DNA of 64,000 bases from Escherichia coli (GCF_046105845.1 NZ_CP151004.1), one strand, 5' to 3'; counted from the first letter of the stretch, positions 27,001 to 40,056 are shown. Numbers and translations are program-made. Notes: generated by a model not told the origin, from the sequence alone.

Positions 27001-27134
27001 ATGAAGGGTCAACCAGAAGCCAGCTAAGGAGCGTCTCTTTGATGACCTTACGTCTGGCTTCCAGTGCCTGGGGTGAAACCATACTGATATGTTGACATCC
27101 TCCACGCCCTGAAGGACGTGGATCCCTGCTACGT

Positions 27135-28343
27135 TCAGGCTGTCGCCTGAATCATTTCGGTGGGTTCCTGCTTCAACGAGCGGCCTGACTGCACCATCTC
27201 TCCACAGGCAAGAACGGCGTGCCCCGCCGCTAAAATGTTACGAGCGCCGTTTACATCGGCGTTCGCTGTATATCCACATGCCTGGCATCTGAATTGACTT
27301 TGTGACAGGCGATTTTCTTTCGCTGTATGACCACAGCACGCGCAACGCTGGCTTGTGTACGCTGGCGGAACAGCAAGCACCTGACCGCCACGCCAGAGCT
27401 GCTTGTACTCAAGCTGGCGGCGCATTTCATACCAGCCCTGATCCTGTATCGAACGGTTTAAACCTGATTTTGCCCGGACATTGCGCCCCGGCTGGCTGAC
27501 CGTACCCGCTGCTGACTTTGACATGTTGCTGACCTTCAAATCCTCAATGACTATCATTGCGTGGTTTTTGCTGACGGTCGTTGTGACTTTGTGAAGGTAG
27601 TCCCTGCGGATATTTGCGATACAGGAATGCAGTCGCTGTATTTTGCGTTTCTGCTTCTGCCAGTTGTTGCTGAATTTGACCTTGCGGCTTAACTGTCGCT
27701 GAAGTCTCGCCAGCGTCTTCTGGTTTTTCTGAAAACTGTTTACAGGCCCAAAGACTGTGCCATCTGACAGCGTGGCGAGTTTAGCCACGCCAGCATCCAG
27801 CCCGACCATTGATGCTGAAGGGTGAACCGGAGTTGATACTTCATTTTCAGTCTGAATACTGATGTACCACTTACCGCAGGACTGGCTGACAGTGACATTT
27901 TTCACAACACCCGTGACCTGACGGCTATTCCGGTAGCGCATACAGCCAAGTTTCGGCAGAAAAATACGGCTGTTTTCCTGATCGAGCTTAACGCCCTGCG
28001 GGTAGCGGAATGCATCATTCTGTCCCCGCTTTTTGAATCGGGGAAAAGCAGCCCGCTTCTGGAAGAAGTTTTTGTAAGCCCGCTCAAGGTCTTTCAGTGA
28101 CTGTTGCAATGGCTGTGACGGGGCATCTTTAAGCCATTGCGTTTCAGTGGCATTTTTCCACTCAACCAGCCAGGAAGCCATTTTCCCGTAAGGGATGTAT
28201 TTATTACCGGCCTCATGATTCTCATTCTGAAGCGCCAGAGCACGATTGAAAACGAAACGACATGCGCCTGCGAAGCGCCTCATTTCACACTCCTGTTGAC
28301 CACCTGGTCTTAACTGGAATTTAAATGCCTGTAATCGTTTCAC
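27135..28343 (-). CDS. tnpB: TnpB (OrfB_IS605) RuvC-like RNA-guided endonuclease
   Basis: 402-aa ORF with RuvC-I (GLDAGV), RuvC-II (IVIEDL), zinc finger (CACCGH…CQACG) and RuvC-III ([10 protein letters not shown]) motifs. Confidence 0.9.
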   Translation of the reverse strand: MKRLQAFKFQLRPGGQQECEMRRFAGACRFVFNRALALQNENHEAGNKYIPYGKMASWLVEWKNATETQWLKDAPSQPLQQSLKDLERAYKNFFQKRAAFPRFKKRGQNDAFRYPQGVKLDQENSRIFLPKLGCMRYRNSRQVTGVVKNVTVSQSCGKWYISIQTENEVSTPVHPSASMVGLDAGVAKLATLSDGTVFGPVNSFQKNQKTLARLQRQLSRKVKFSNNWQKQKRKIQRLHSCIANIRRDYLHKVTTTVSKNHAMIVIEDLKVSNMSKSAAGTVSQPGRNVRAKSGLNRSIQDQGWYEMRRQLEYKQLWRGGQVLAVPPAYTSQRCACCGHTAKENRLSQSQFRCQACGYTANADVNGARNILAAGHAVLACGEMVQSGRSLKQEPTEMIQATA

Positions 28344-28350
28344 AGGTCAA

Positions 28351-28782
28351 ATGATACTTTGGTCTATGAAAAAAGAAACCGATATCCGGCGTGGAAAGCA
28401 TTGTGTTTTCCTGATGCATGTTCACCTGGTCTTTGTCACCAAATACCGACGCCAGATTTTTGACCATGACGCGAAAGAAAAACTACGCACTTACTTTTCA
28501 AAGGTATGTGCTGATTTTGAAGCTGAACTGGTTGAAATGGATGGCGAACCAGATCACGTCCATTTGTTAATTAACTATCCTCCCAAACTGGCGATATCCA
28601 GTCTGGTAAACAGCCTCAAAGGCGTATCGAGTAGGTGACTGCGACGAGATCGACCAGATATTGCAGTCAGGTATTACTACAAAGGCGTTTTGTGGAGTCC
28701 TGGCTATTTTGCCAGTAGCTGCGGAGGTGCGCCAATATCCGCCATCCGTCAATACATTGAACAACAGCAAACACCTGGTTAG
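28351..28782 (+). pseudogene. tnpA: IS200-like Y1 HUH transposase TnpA interrupted by in-frame TGA
   Basis: HUH motif (PDHVHLLINYPPK) before a TGA at 28636..28638; the same frame continues (LRRDRPDIAVRYYYKGVLWSPGYFASSCGGAPISAIRQYIEQQQTPG) to TAG at 28780..28782. Confidence 0.75.
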
Positions 28783-28797
28783 GTGGAAAACCGCGCC

Positions 28798-29055
28798 TTA
28801 TATCCCCGCCCTGAAGGACGGGGTTTTACGGCGCACTGGATAAACCAGGCCAAGCGTATGCTGGTTGATCAAATAATATCCCCCAAGCGCAGCAATATTA
28901 ATATTCACCTGCAATGGGTCGCTATCTGCCTTAAAAATATTGTGTTTCTTCCCTTCATCCAATAATTCCATTAAATGCAAGTGCGCATGATTAATTTCTA
29001 AGAGACGCTGTGATTTTGCATAATGCACACCTTTACTTTGGTTTTCACTATGCAC
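28798..29055 (-). pseudogene. ytfA: ytfA-like remnant ORF; 3' end reads into the IS left-end hairpin
   Basis: 85-aa GTG-start ORF; last 7-8 codons (…TPSFRAGI) are encoded by the IS terminal hairpin; upstream in-frame TAA near 29182. Confidence 0.4.
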
Positions 29056-29405
29056 AATTTTTAAAAACCTGGGATTAGCAATATAATAACCCCAGGTAAA
29101 ATCGATGATTTTTTCAATGGATTTTTGTGGCTGGTTAACCTGCTGATTAACGAACGCACCGATACCGACAGCGTAGAATAATTACATACCGCACAACAAG
29201 AATGTATGGTGTAAGGCGTTGTCAGTCATCTCCCTCCCTGGATGCATCGTTATATCCGTGATGAGCGATTTTTGATATTAATATCTTTCACCATCCGCTA
29301 TCTTCACTACTTCAGAAAACAAACTTATTTTTATTAATATCGATTATTTATTCTGTGCACATTCAGCTGCGATATTTATAAAAAAATTAAACAGGCAAAA
29401 ATACA

Positions 29406-30200
29406 ATGACATTACCAACCACTATTTATTCATTTCCTGCATATTCACCCCGTTTTTCGTCCACCGACAAACCAGTAAAATTAAAATTTCATCAATACGC
29501 ACGCGCTACATTACTTTCAAATCGTGGAAGAGATCATAATTGCGATGGCAGACATACTGTTGAGATCCACAAACTAGATCTCTCAGACTGGCAAGCATTC
29601 AATAAGTTAGCGACGAGGTGTAATGCTTACGATGGAATAACAATGAATGGTGATAATTCTTTTGGATGGAACCATGAAGCTACATTAGATAATATTCACG
29701 CCCAGAAATACAATAAAGCTTACGCGGGTGCGAGGTTAACCGCAGAACTGAAATATTTATTGCAAGATGTCGAATCCTTCGAACCCAACAGTAAATACAC
29801 AATACACGAGGTTGTTTTGGGACCTGGTTATACTACTCCAGACTATACCGGCCAATCGATAGGATACGTTGTAACCCTTCCTGCCCAAATGCCTAATTGC
29901 TGGTCATCTGAACTACCAACAATCGATCTTTATATCGACCAACTTCGCACTGTTACAGGCGTTTCTAATTCCCTCGGATTCATCATTGCTGCATTGCTAA
30001 ACGCGTATTCTGATTTACCCCATGATTTGAAAATTGGTCTGCATTCCTTATCAAGTTCAGCAGCAATCTACTCGGGTTTGGGTTTCGAGCGAGTGCCGCA
30101 GGAGCGAGACATCAGTTGCGCTCGTATGTATCTAACGCCAGCAAACCATCCTGACTTATGGACACAAGAGAATGGTGAATGGATCTACTTGCGAAACTAA
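29406..30200 (+). CDS. yjfZ: uncharacterised protein YjfZ
   Basis: 264-aa ORF in AT-rich DNA; no recognisable domain. Confidence 0.75.
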   Translation: MTLPTTIYSFPAYSPRFSSTDKPVKLKFHQYARATLLSNRGRDHNCDGRHTVEIHKLDLSDWQAFNKLATRCNAYDGITMNGDNSFGWNHEATLDNIHAQKYNKAYAGARLTAELKYLLQDVESFEPNSKYTIHEVVLGPGYTTPDYTGQSIGYVVTLPAQMPNCWSSELPTIDLYIDQLRTVTGVSNSLGFIIAALLNAYSDLPHDLKIGLHSLSSSAAIYSGLGFERVPQERDISCARMYLTPANHPDLWTQENGEWIYLRN

Positions 30201-30222
30201 TACCTGACGAAAAATAGAAAGC

Positions 30223-30250
30223 AAAACGCCGACCACTGGTCGGCGTTTTT
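30223..30250. terminator. bidirectional rho-independent terminator between yjfZ and rplI
   Basis: AAAACGCCGACCactGGTCGGCGTTTTT: 10-bp GC-rich stem flanked by A-run and T-run. Confidence 0.85.
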
Positions 30251-30270
30251 ACGTCTCGTTGAATAACGAA

Positions 30271-30732
<462 letters not shown>

Positions 30733-30761
30733 TCAAAGTCGTATTAATGGACCGTGACCGA

Positions 30762-31308
<547 letters not shown>

Positions 31309-31314
31309 CAGAAA

Positions 31315-31728
<414 letters not shown>

Positions 31729-32036
31729 TTATTCAGCCTCCTGTCTGGGTCAGCCGAATCCCGGGGAGGCAAGGAACGTGTTAAAGGTCGGCTGAAAAAT
31801 GACGCGTTATAGTACTGACATACCCCGCTAAACTCAAGGCCAGCCGACAAATAAATCTCATCTTTCACCAAATCGTACTAACACGCTGATTTGAAGTTCA
31901 TCACACTTCATCATGGTGTTTTTTTGAACAACTGCATCAGAAATGGTCACCATCAACTTCTTTATCATTGATTAAAATTAAATCAGAAGATCATCACAGA
32001 GGAGAGCACACAAAGTCAGCCGTCGAGGAGGTATCT

Positions 32037-32312
32037 ATGTTCAGTCGTGTTTTAGCCCTTCTGGCTGTGCTTTTGCTAAGTGCAAATACATGGGCAGCCA
32101 TTGAAATTAATAACCACCAGGCCAGAAATATGGACGATGTGCAAAGCTTAGGCGTGATTTATATCAACCATAACTTCGCCACTGAAAGTGAAGCACGTCA
32201 GGCATTAAATGAAGAGACAGATGCGCAGGGCGCAACGTACTACCACGTGATTCTAATGCGGGAACCGGGGAGTAACGGCAATATGCACGCCAGCGCGGAT
32301 ATTTATCGCTAG
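32037..32312 (+). CDS. yjfY: DUF1471 (YdgH/BhsA/McbA-like) periplasmic protein
   Basis: Start trimmed to MFSRVLALLAVLLLSANTWA… (91 aa). Confidence 0.82.
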   Translation: MFSRVLALLAVLLLSANTWAAIEINNHQARNMDDVQSLGVIYINHNFATESEARQALNEETDAQGATYYHVILMREPGSNGNMHASADIYR

Positions 32313-32352
32313 CACCAGGTATAACCAACGAAACATTGCCATAGTTTGCTTT

Positions 32353-32377
32353 GCCCCCTTCGCAGGGGGCTTTTTTT
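32353..32377 (+). terminator. rho-independent terminator downstream of yjfY
   Basis: GCCCCCTtcgcAGGGGGC followed by TTTTTTT. Confidence 0.85.
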
Positions 32378-32440
32378 GAAAAACGGCTGCGGAATTAGAC
32401 CAGTTATCTCCCGAAGAAGGAAATTTCCGCAGCGCGTGTT

Positions 32441-33127
32441 TTACTTCTGCCCGTAATAAGCGTTAGGACCGTGCTTACGCATGAAGTGTTTATTCATGAG
32501 GTAGCTGTCGATATGATTCAGTTGTGGGTTAATGCCGCGGGCAATCCACGCCATTTTCGCCACTTCTTCCATCACTACCGCGTTATGCACCGCATCGTGG
32601 GCATCTTTCCCCCAGGCGAACGGCCCGTGCTGGTACACCACAATCCCCGGTGTATGCAGAGGCTCGGCGTTGCCCAGCGTTTCGATAATCACTTTGCCGG
32701 TGTTCAGTTCGTACTCGCCCTGCACCTCTTCTTCGCTTAATCCGCGCGTGCACGGGATGTCGCCAAAGAAGTAATCGGCGTGCGTAGTGCCTAACGCCGG
32801 GATCGCCAGCCCCGCTTGCGCCCATGCGGTAGCATGAGTTGAGTGGGTATGGACAATACCACCAAGCGACGGATAACGACGGTAGAGTTCGAGATGCGTG
32901 GCGGTGTCGGAAGACGGGCGATATTCCCCTTCCACCACCTTGCCGCTCATATCGACCACTACCATATCGTCTGCTTTCATGGTTTCGTAGGCGACACCGC
33001 TGGGCTTGATCACCACCAGCCTGCGTTCGCGGTCAATGGCACTGACGTTGCCCCAGGTAAAGGTCACCAGCCCGTAGCGCGGCAGATCCATGTTGGCTTC
33101 AAACACCTGCTGTTTTAGCTTTTGCAT
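32441..33127 (-). CDS. ulaF: L-ribulose-5-phosphate 4-epimerase
   Basis: 228-aa class II aldolase-fold ORF; last gene of ula operon. Confidence 0.92.
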   Translation of the reverse strand: MQKLKQQVFEANMDLPRYGLVTFTWGNVSAIDRERRLVVIKPSGVAYETMKADDMVVVDMSGKVVEGEYRPSSDTATHLELYRRYPSLGGIVHTHSTHATAWAQAGLAIPALGTTHADYFFGDIPCTRGLSEEEVQGEYELNTGKVIIETLGNAEPLHTPGIVVYQHGPFAWGKDAHDAVHNAVVMEEVAKMAWIARGINPQLNHIDSYLMNKHFMRKHGPNAYYGQK

Positions 33128-33981
33128 TATGCCGCCTCCACCATGCCTGCTTTAGCCATACGCGCTTTCACCCAATCACGCGCTTTCGCCACTTCTGCCG
33201 CCGGGTCTTCCGCCGTTTCGCTCCACATCTCAATCAGGTACGGCCCGCAATAGCCACTCTGTTTGAGCGTTTCGAAGCAACGTTCGAAATCCACTACGCC
33301 TTCGCCAAATGGCACATTTTTGAAGACGCCTGGTTTGGTGTCTTTCACATGTACCGCGACGATATGCCCGATTCCGGCCTGCAACTCCATCTGCACATCG
33401 TTGTCCCACGCCGACAGGTTGCCGATATCCGGGTAGAGCTGGAACCACGGGTTGTTGAGATAGTGCGCGTAGCCCAGCGCCTTGCTGATGGAGTTCATCA
33501 ATGGGTAATCCATGATCTCCATCGCCAGCGTCACCTGCGCGCGGCTTGCCATCTCAACGCTCTCTTTCAGGCCGTCACGGAAACGACGACGCGTTTCGTT
33601 ATTGGCTTCCTGATAATAAACGTCATAGCCCGCCAGCTGGATCACACGGATACCGACATCCTGGGCGAACTGGATAGCTTTGCGCATAATCTCCAGCCCC
33701 TGCGCCCGCACCGCGTCATCTTCGCTACCCAGCGGGAAACGACGATGAGCAGAAAGGCACATAGACGGTACACGCACGCCGGTTTCAACAATCGCATTCA
33801 CCAGCGCCAGACGCTGCTCGCGGCTCCAGTCGAGGCGCGACAGGCGATCGTCCGTTTCATCTACCGACATCTCGACAAAATCGAAGCCTAACGTTTTTGC
33901 AAGTTGCAGCCGTTCCAGCCAGCACTCCCCGGCGGGGAGCGCTTTTTCATAGATGCCAAGCGGGATTTGTTTGGACAACAT
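33127..33981 (-). CDS. ulaE: L-ribulose/xylulose-5-phosphate 3-epimerase
   Basis: 284-aa TIM-barrel ORF; stop overlaps ulaF start. Confidence 0.92.
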   Translation of the reverse strand: MLSKQIPLGIYEKALPAGECWLERLQLAKTLGFDFVEMSVDETDDRLSRLDWSREQRLALVNAIVETGVRVPSMCLSAHRRFPLGSEDDAVRAQGLEIMRKAIQFAQDVGIRVIQLAGYDVYYQEANNETRRRFRDGLKESVEMASRAQVTLAMEIMDYPLMNSISKALGYAHYLNNPWFQLYPDIGNLSAWDNDVQMELQAGIGHIVAVHVKDTKPGVFKNVPFGEGVVDFERCFETLKQSGYCGPYLIEMWSETAEDPAAEVAKARDWVKARMAKAGMVEAA

Positions 33982-33990
33982 ATCCGCTCC

Positions 33991-34641
33991 TTAGCCCCAC
34001 AGTTCGGCGATGGAACGTTTGAACTGACGCGCGGCTTCAACCGGAGAAGCGGCATCACGGATGCTGCGACCAGCGATAAACACGTGAATCGGAATGCCTT
34101 TGAACAGCGGCAGATCTTCCAGCGCCAGGCCACCGGTGACGGTCACTTTGAAGCCCATATCGGAAAGACGTTTGATCGCGGTAATGTCCGCTTCGCCCCA
34201 CGCCACGCCTGCGGCCTGTGCGTCACGGCTGCGGTGATAAACCACCTGCTGAATGCCTGCATCGCGCCACTGTTGCGCCTGTTCCCAGGTCCAGTAACCG
34301 GTCAGTTCGATCTGCACGTCGCCGTTAAACTCTTTTGCCACGTCCAGCGCACCTTTGGCGGTGTTGATATCCGCACAGCAAATCACGGTCACCCAGTCAG
34401 CGTTGGCTTCAAAGCACATACGAGAAAGGATTTTGCCCGCATCGGCAATTTTGGCGTCTGCCAGTACGATTTTGTGCGGGTAAAGCGCTTTCAGATCGCG
34501 AACCGCACGCACGCCTTCGCCCACGCACAGAATGGTGCCCACTTCGATAATGTCGACTTCTTCGGCAATCAGGCGAGTGGTTTCGTAGGCGCTATCCATA
34601 GTCTGGTTGTCCAGCGCGACTTGCAACATCGGTAATGACAT
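33991..34641 (-). CDS. ulaD: 3-keto-L-gulonate-6-phosphate decarboxylase
   Basis: Start trimmed to [36 protein letters not shown]… (216 aa). Confidence 0.92.
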   Translation of the reverse strand: MSLPMLQVALDNQTMDSAYETTRLIAEEVDIIEVGTILCVGEGVRAVRDLKALYPHKIVLADAKIADAGKILSRMCFEANADWVTVICCADINTAKGALDVAKEFNGDVQIELTGYWTWEQAQQWRDAGIQQVVYHRSRDAQAAGVAWGEADITAIKRLSDMGFKVTVTGGLALEDLPLFKGIPIHVFIAGRSIRDAASPVEAARQFKRSIAELWG

Positions 34642-34654
34642 TTTCAATTCCTTC

Positions 34655-35119
34655 TTAAGCTGCCGCGTTGGTGCGGTCAATGAGATCCAGTACTTCCTGC
34701 TCGGTACGGCAGGCGCGTAAACGGTCGAAATTCTCTTCATCTTCAAACAGGTTAACGATCTGCATGATGCCCACTTCCTGATGAGTGTTGGCATCGACCG
34801 CCGCCATGGTGATGAGGATATCCACCGGATCGTTATCTTCGTGGTTGAACTCCAGCGGCTTTTTCAGCGTCACTAGCGCAAAACCGGTTTTCTTAACGCC
34901 CTCTTCCGGGCGACCGTGCGGCATTGCCAGGCCTGGTGCGAGCACAAAGTACGGACCGTGCTGTTCAACCGCATCCAGAATCGCCTGGTAGTAACGCGGC
35001 TCGACAACATCCGCCGCCACCAGCAGGTCAACGCCGATTTTTACTGCGTCCTGCCATGTCTCAGCTTCAGCCTGCAGGCGGATGGATTTATTCTCCGCCA
35101 GCGAATCACGTAATTTCAT
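34655..35119 (-). CDS. ulaC: ascorbate PTS enzyme IIA
   Basis: 154-aa ORF ([29 protein letters not shown]…). Confidence 0.92.
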   Translation of the reverse strand: MKLRDSLAENKSIRLQAEAETWQDAVKIGVDLLVAADVVEPRYYQAILDAVEQHGPYFVLAPGLAMPHGRPEEGVKKTGFALVTLKKPLEFNHEDNDPVDILITMAAVDANTHQEVGIMQIVNLFEDEENFDRLRACRTEQEVLDLIDRTNAAA

Positions 35120-35128
35120 GGCGCGTCC

Positions 35129-35434
35129 TTACTTCACATCCTGCGGGAAATGCTCTTTGATCACTTCCAGCAGTTTCGGGCCAAAGTCGGCAGGAGAGAG
35201 CATGTTGCGCACACCAACCACGTATTTGTTGCCGGTCACGGTGATTTCGCCCGCAATGTGCGTAGAAGCGATGATGATATCCGCGCCGCTCAACTCGCTT
35301 TTGTATTCGCCAACCGCGCAGCTGTTTACCGTGTGGTCAATGTTTGATTGGGTTAAAAACTGGTCCACTTTCATCTTCATGATCATGGAACTGCCTTGTC
35401 CGTTGCCACACACAGCCAGAATACGTACGGTCAT
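35129..35434 (-). CDS. ulaB: ascorbate PTS enzyme IIB
   Basis: Start trimmed to [25 protein letters not shown]… (101 aa). Confidence 0.9.
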
Positions 35435-35449
35435 AATCAAAACTCCTTA

Positions 35450-36904
<1,455 letters not shown>

Positions 36905-37024
36905 TCACTCTAATTTTCAAAAGTAATCACAACAAGATTATTTATGATTAAATGTGACGCGACCCGCAAATAATTCCACATGGATAGAGTGGGATTCACA
37001 CAACGAAATAATTATTCATTTAAA

Positions 37025-37042
37025 TTCATTTAGTTAAATGAA
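37025..37042. promoter_or_regulatory. inverted repeat TTCATTTAgtTAAATGAA in ulaA-ulaG divergent control region; candidate UlaR (DeoR-type) operator
   Basis: Perfect 8-2-8 palindrome in the AT-rich intergenic region between the divergent ula transcription units. Confidence 0.5.
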
Positions 37043-37201
37043 TTACACATTCCATTAAATCTTTCCACACTCAAAATCAACAACAACTTCCCTGGCAAAA
37101 AGTCAAAAAATGGTCATTGCCTTCCTGAAAAAATAGTGTCAGGATTAATCAAAACCAATCACATGTTGATTCGAATTGAACTATCATGAAGGTAAATGGC
37201 G

Positions 37202-38266
37202 ATGAGTAAAGTGAAAAGTATCACCCGAGAATCCTGGATCCTGAGCACTTTCCCGGAGTGGGGTAGCTGGCTGAATGAAGAAATTGAACAAGAGCAGGTC
37301 GCCCCTGGCACATTTGCGATGTGGTGGCTAGGCTGCACCGGGATCTGGCTGAAATCAGAAGGTGGCACCAACGTTTGCGTTGATTTCTGGTGCGGCACTG
37401 GCAAACAAAGTCACGGTAACCCGTTAATGAAACAGGGTCACCAGATGCAGCGCATGGCTGGCGTGAAAAAACTGCAGCCAAACCTGCGCACCACCCCGTT
37501 TGTTCTTGATCCGTTTGCGATTCGCCAGATCGACGCGGTACTGGCGACTCACGATCACAACGATCATATCGACGTTAACGTCGCTGCTGCCGTGATGCAG
37601 AACTGTGCTGATGACGTACCGTTCATTGGACCGAAAACCTGCGTTGATTTGTGGATTGGCTGGGGCGTACCGAAAGAGCGTTGCATCGTGGTCAAACCGG
37701 GCGATGTTGTAAAAGTGAAAGACATTGAAATTCATGCGCTTGACGCTTTCGACCGTACTGCACTGATCACCCTACCTGCCGATCAAAAAGCGGCTGGCGT
37801 ACTGCCAGATGGCATGGACGATCGCGCAGTAAACTACCTGTTCAAAACCCCTGGCGGTTCCCTGTATCACAGTGGCGATTCCCACTACTCTAACTATTAT
37901 GCGAAGCACGGTAACGAACATCAGATCGACGTGGCTTTAGGTTCATACGGCGAAAACCCGCGCGGTATTACCGACAAAATGACCAGCGCCGATATGCTGC
38001 GTATGGGTGAAGCCCTGAATGCGAAAGTGGTTATCCCGTTCCACCACGACATCTGGTCAAACTTCCAGGCCGATCCGCAAGAAATCCGCGTGCTGTGGGA
38101 GATGAAAAAAGATCGTCTGAAGTATGGCTTCAAGCCGTTTATCTGGCAGGTGGGCGGCAAATTTACCTGGCCGTTGGATAAAGACAACTTCGAATACCAC
38201 TATCCGCGTGGTTTCGATGATTGCTTCACTATTGAACCGGATCTGCCGTTCAAGTCATTCCTGTAA
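37202..38266 (+). CDS. ulaG: L-ascorbate-6-phosphate lactonase (metallo-beta-lactamase fold)
   Basis: Start trimmed to [24 protein letters not shown]… (354 aa); HDHNDH metal-binding motif. Confidence 0.92.
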
Positions 38267-38278
38267 TCTGTCGTTTAT

Positions 38279-38312
38279 ACCGGATAGCGTGGAGTAGTTC
38301 GCGCTATCCGGC
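38279..38312 (+). terminator. stem-loop downstream of ulaG (putative terminator or REP-like hairpin)
   Basis: CCGGATAGCG…CGCTATCCGG 10-bp inverted repeat; no clear T-run. Confidence 0.4.
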
Positions 38313-38373
38313 GTAGTATTTCCTGGCTATTTCAAATATCATCTAAAAAAATCAAATTTTATCGGAATAGCTC

Positions 38374-39129
38374 ATGACTGAAGCACAAAGACATCAAATC
38401 CTCCTGGAAATGCTCGCACAATTGGGCTTTGTGACCGTTGAGAAAGTCGTTGAGCGTCTGGGAATTTCGCCTGCCACTGCGCGACGCGATATCAATAAAC
38501 TTGACGAAAGCGGCAAACTGAAAAAAGTGCGCAATGGCGCAGAAGCTATTACCCAGCAGCGCCCACGCTGGACGCCGATGAATCTGCATCAGGCGCAGAA
38601 TCACGATGAAAAAGTACGTATTGCTAAAGCGGCCTCGCAGCTGGTTAATCCGGGCGAAAGCGTAGTCATCAACTGCGGCTCCACCGCGTTTCTGCTTGGG
38701 CGGGAAATGTGTGGCAAGCCAGTGCAAATCATCACTAATTATCTACCGCTGGCAAATTACCTGATCGATCAGGAGCATGACAGCGTGATCATTATGGGCG
38801 GACAGTACAACAAAAGTCAGTCCATCACTTTAAGCCCGCAAGGCAGCGAAAACAGTCTCTATGCCGGGCACTGGATGTTTACCAGCGGCAAAGGGCTGAC
38901 AGCAGAAGGGTTGTATAAAACCGATATGCTGACGGCAATGGCAGAGCAGAAGATGCTAAGCGTGGTAGGGAAACTGGTGGTACTGGTTGATAGCAGTAAG
39001 ATCGGCGAACGCGCGGGAATGCTTTTTAGCCGTGCCGATCAAATCGATATGCTGATCACCGGCAAAAATGCTAACCCGGAAATCCTGCAACAACTGGAAG
39101 CGCAAGGGGTCAGCATTCTGCGTGTTTAA
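38374..39129 (+). CDS. ulaR: DeoR-family transcriptional repressor of the ula regulon
   Basis: 251-aa ORF with N-terminal HTH (…[27 protein letters not shown]…). Confidence 0.92.
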
Positions 39130-39875
39130 AGATGCTGGCGGAAAAATGTCACGGCAGCATCTAACGCCTCAGGCGTAATGCGGTGACGCACGCCTGGCTG
39201 CCATGAACAGGTTAGCAGTTTATCCCGTCCCGTCTCGCTTAAGGCCTGCTGCAAACGTAGTGATTCGTCGGCAGGCACGACGTCATCGTCAAGGCCATGC
39301 CACAGCAGTAGAGGTCTGTCACCAAGTTGTTCCAGGTGGTTTGTCGCTTCCCACTCTGCCAGCGGCGCGACAATGTTATTGAATTCATTCTGCTGTGCTG
39401 CCGTTTCAGGTATCAGCGGTGGAAACAGTGAACGGGCGAGCGATGTAAAATAGCCCGATCCCATCATGCTGGCGGTACATTTCACCGTGGGGTGGCGAGC
39501 GGTAATTCCCAGTGCCGTCATCGCGCCCATCGACGCGCCACCGACTGCCAGACGGTCAGCAAGCAGCCAGTTTTCTTCGGCTATTGCCGCACGTAACGTA
39601 GTGAATTCCTGCATACTTTGTAGCAAAATTTGCCAAAATTGATTTAACCGCCGCGCTGCGTCGCCCCTAAAACGGCTACCGTGATCGGGCGCATCCGGCA
39701 TGATCACTCGCAAACCAGCCTGCGCCAGCGCAACGGCAAAATAGCTATACACCAGACTGGACGAAGTAAAGCCGTGATAAAAAATCACGCACGGTAATGG
39801 GGTATCTTTTTGCCCGACAGGATAAGCATGAAGAACGGGAATATCTGCCAGCTCGCGTGATTCTATTTCAATCAT
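39126..39875 (-). CDS. yjfP: alpha/beta-hydrolase esterase
   Basis: 249-aa ORF with GASMG nucleophile-elbow motif; 4-bp overlap with ulaR stop (convergent). Confidence 0.88.
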
Positions 39876-40056
39876 CTGTCTCTCCTTTTTGTCTGGTATG
39901 ACATGAAGAAATCCTTAGCACAAGTTTCTGCTGGCGGTATTAGTTCATAATGTTGAGATGTGGGTTACGCTTTCATCACGTTTTCATTCGAAAATCGCGT
40001 ACCAGGTAACAATTCGGGAACATTCCCCCAAAGTTAAATTAATAAGGCACTACACT

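Larger units (their letters stand above)
27092..28842 (-). mobile_element. IS200/IS605-family insertion sequence (divergent tnpA/tnpB); ends approximate
   Basis: TnpB-type and Y1/HUH TnpA-type ORFs flanked by near-identical subterminal hairpins on the same strand; ends inferred by analogy to IS608 geometry. Confidence 0.8.

Noticed and set aside
27016-27061. Inverted repeat GAAGCCAG…CTGGCTTC downstream of ytfB, considered as ytfB terminator or part of the IS right end
   Set aside because: The loop is about 30 nt with no T-run, so it is not a convincing intrinsic terminator, and it lies outside the inferred IS right end; left unassigned.
28661-28843. 60-aa track ORF (TTG start) after the tnpA stop
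   Set aside because: It is in a different frame from tnpA. The homologous continuation of TnpA lies in the original tnpA frame after the TGA, so this ORF is an out-of-frame artefact.
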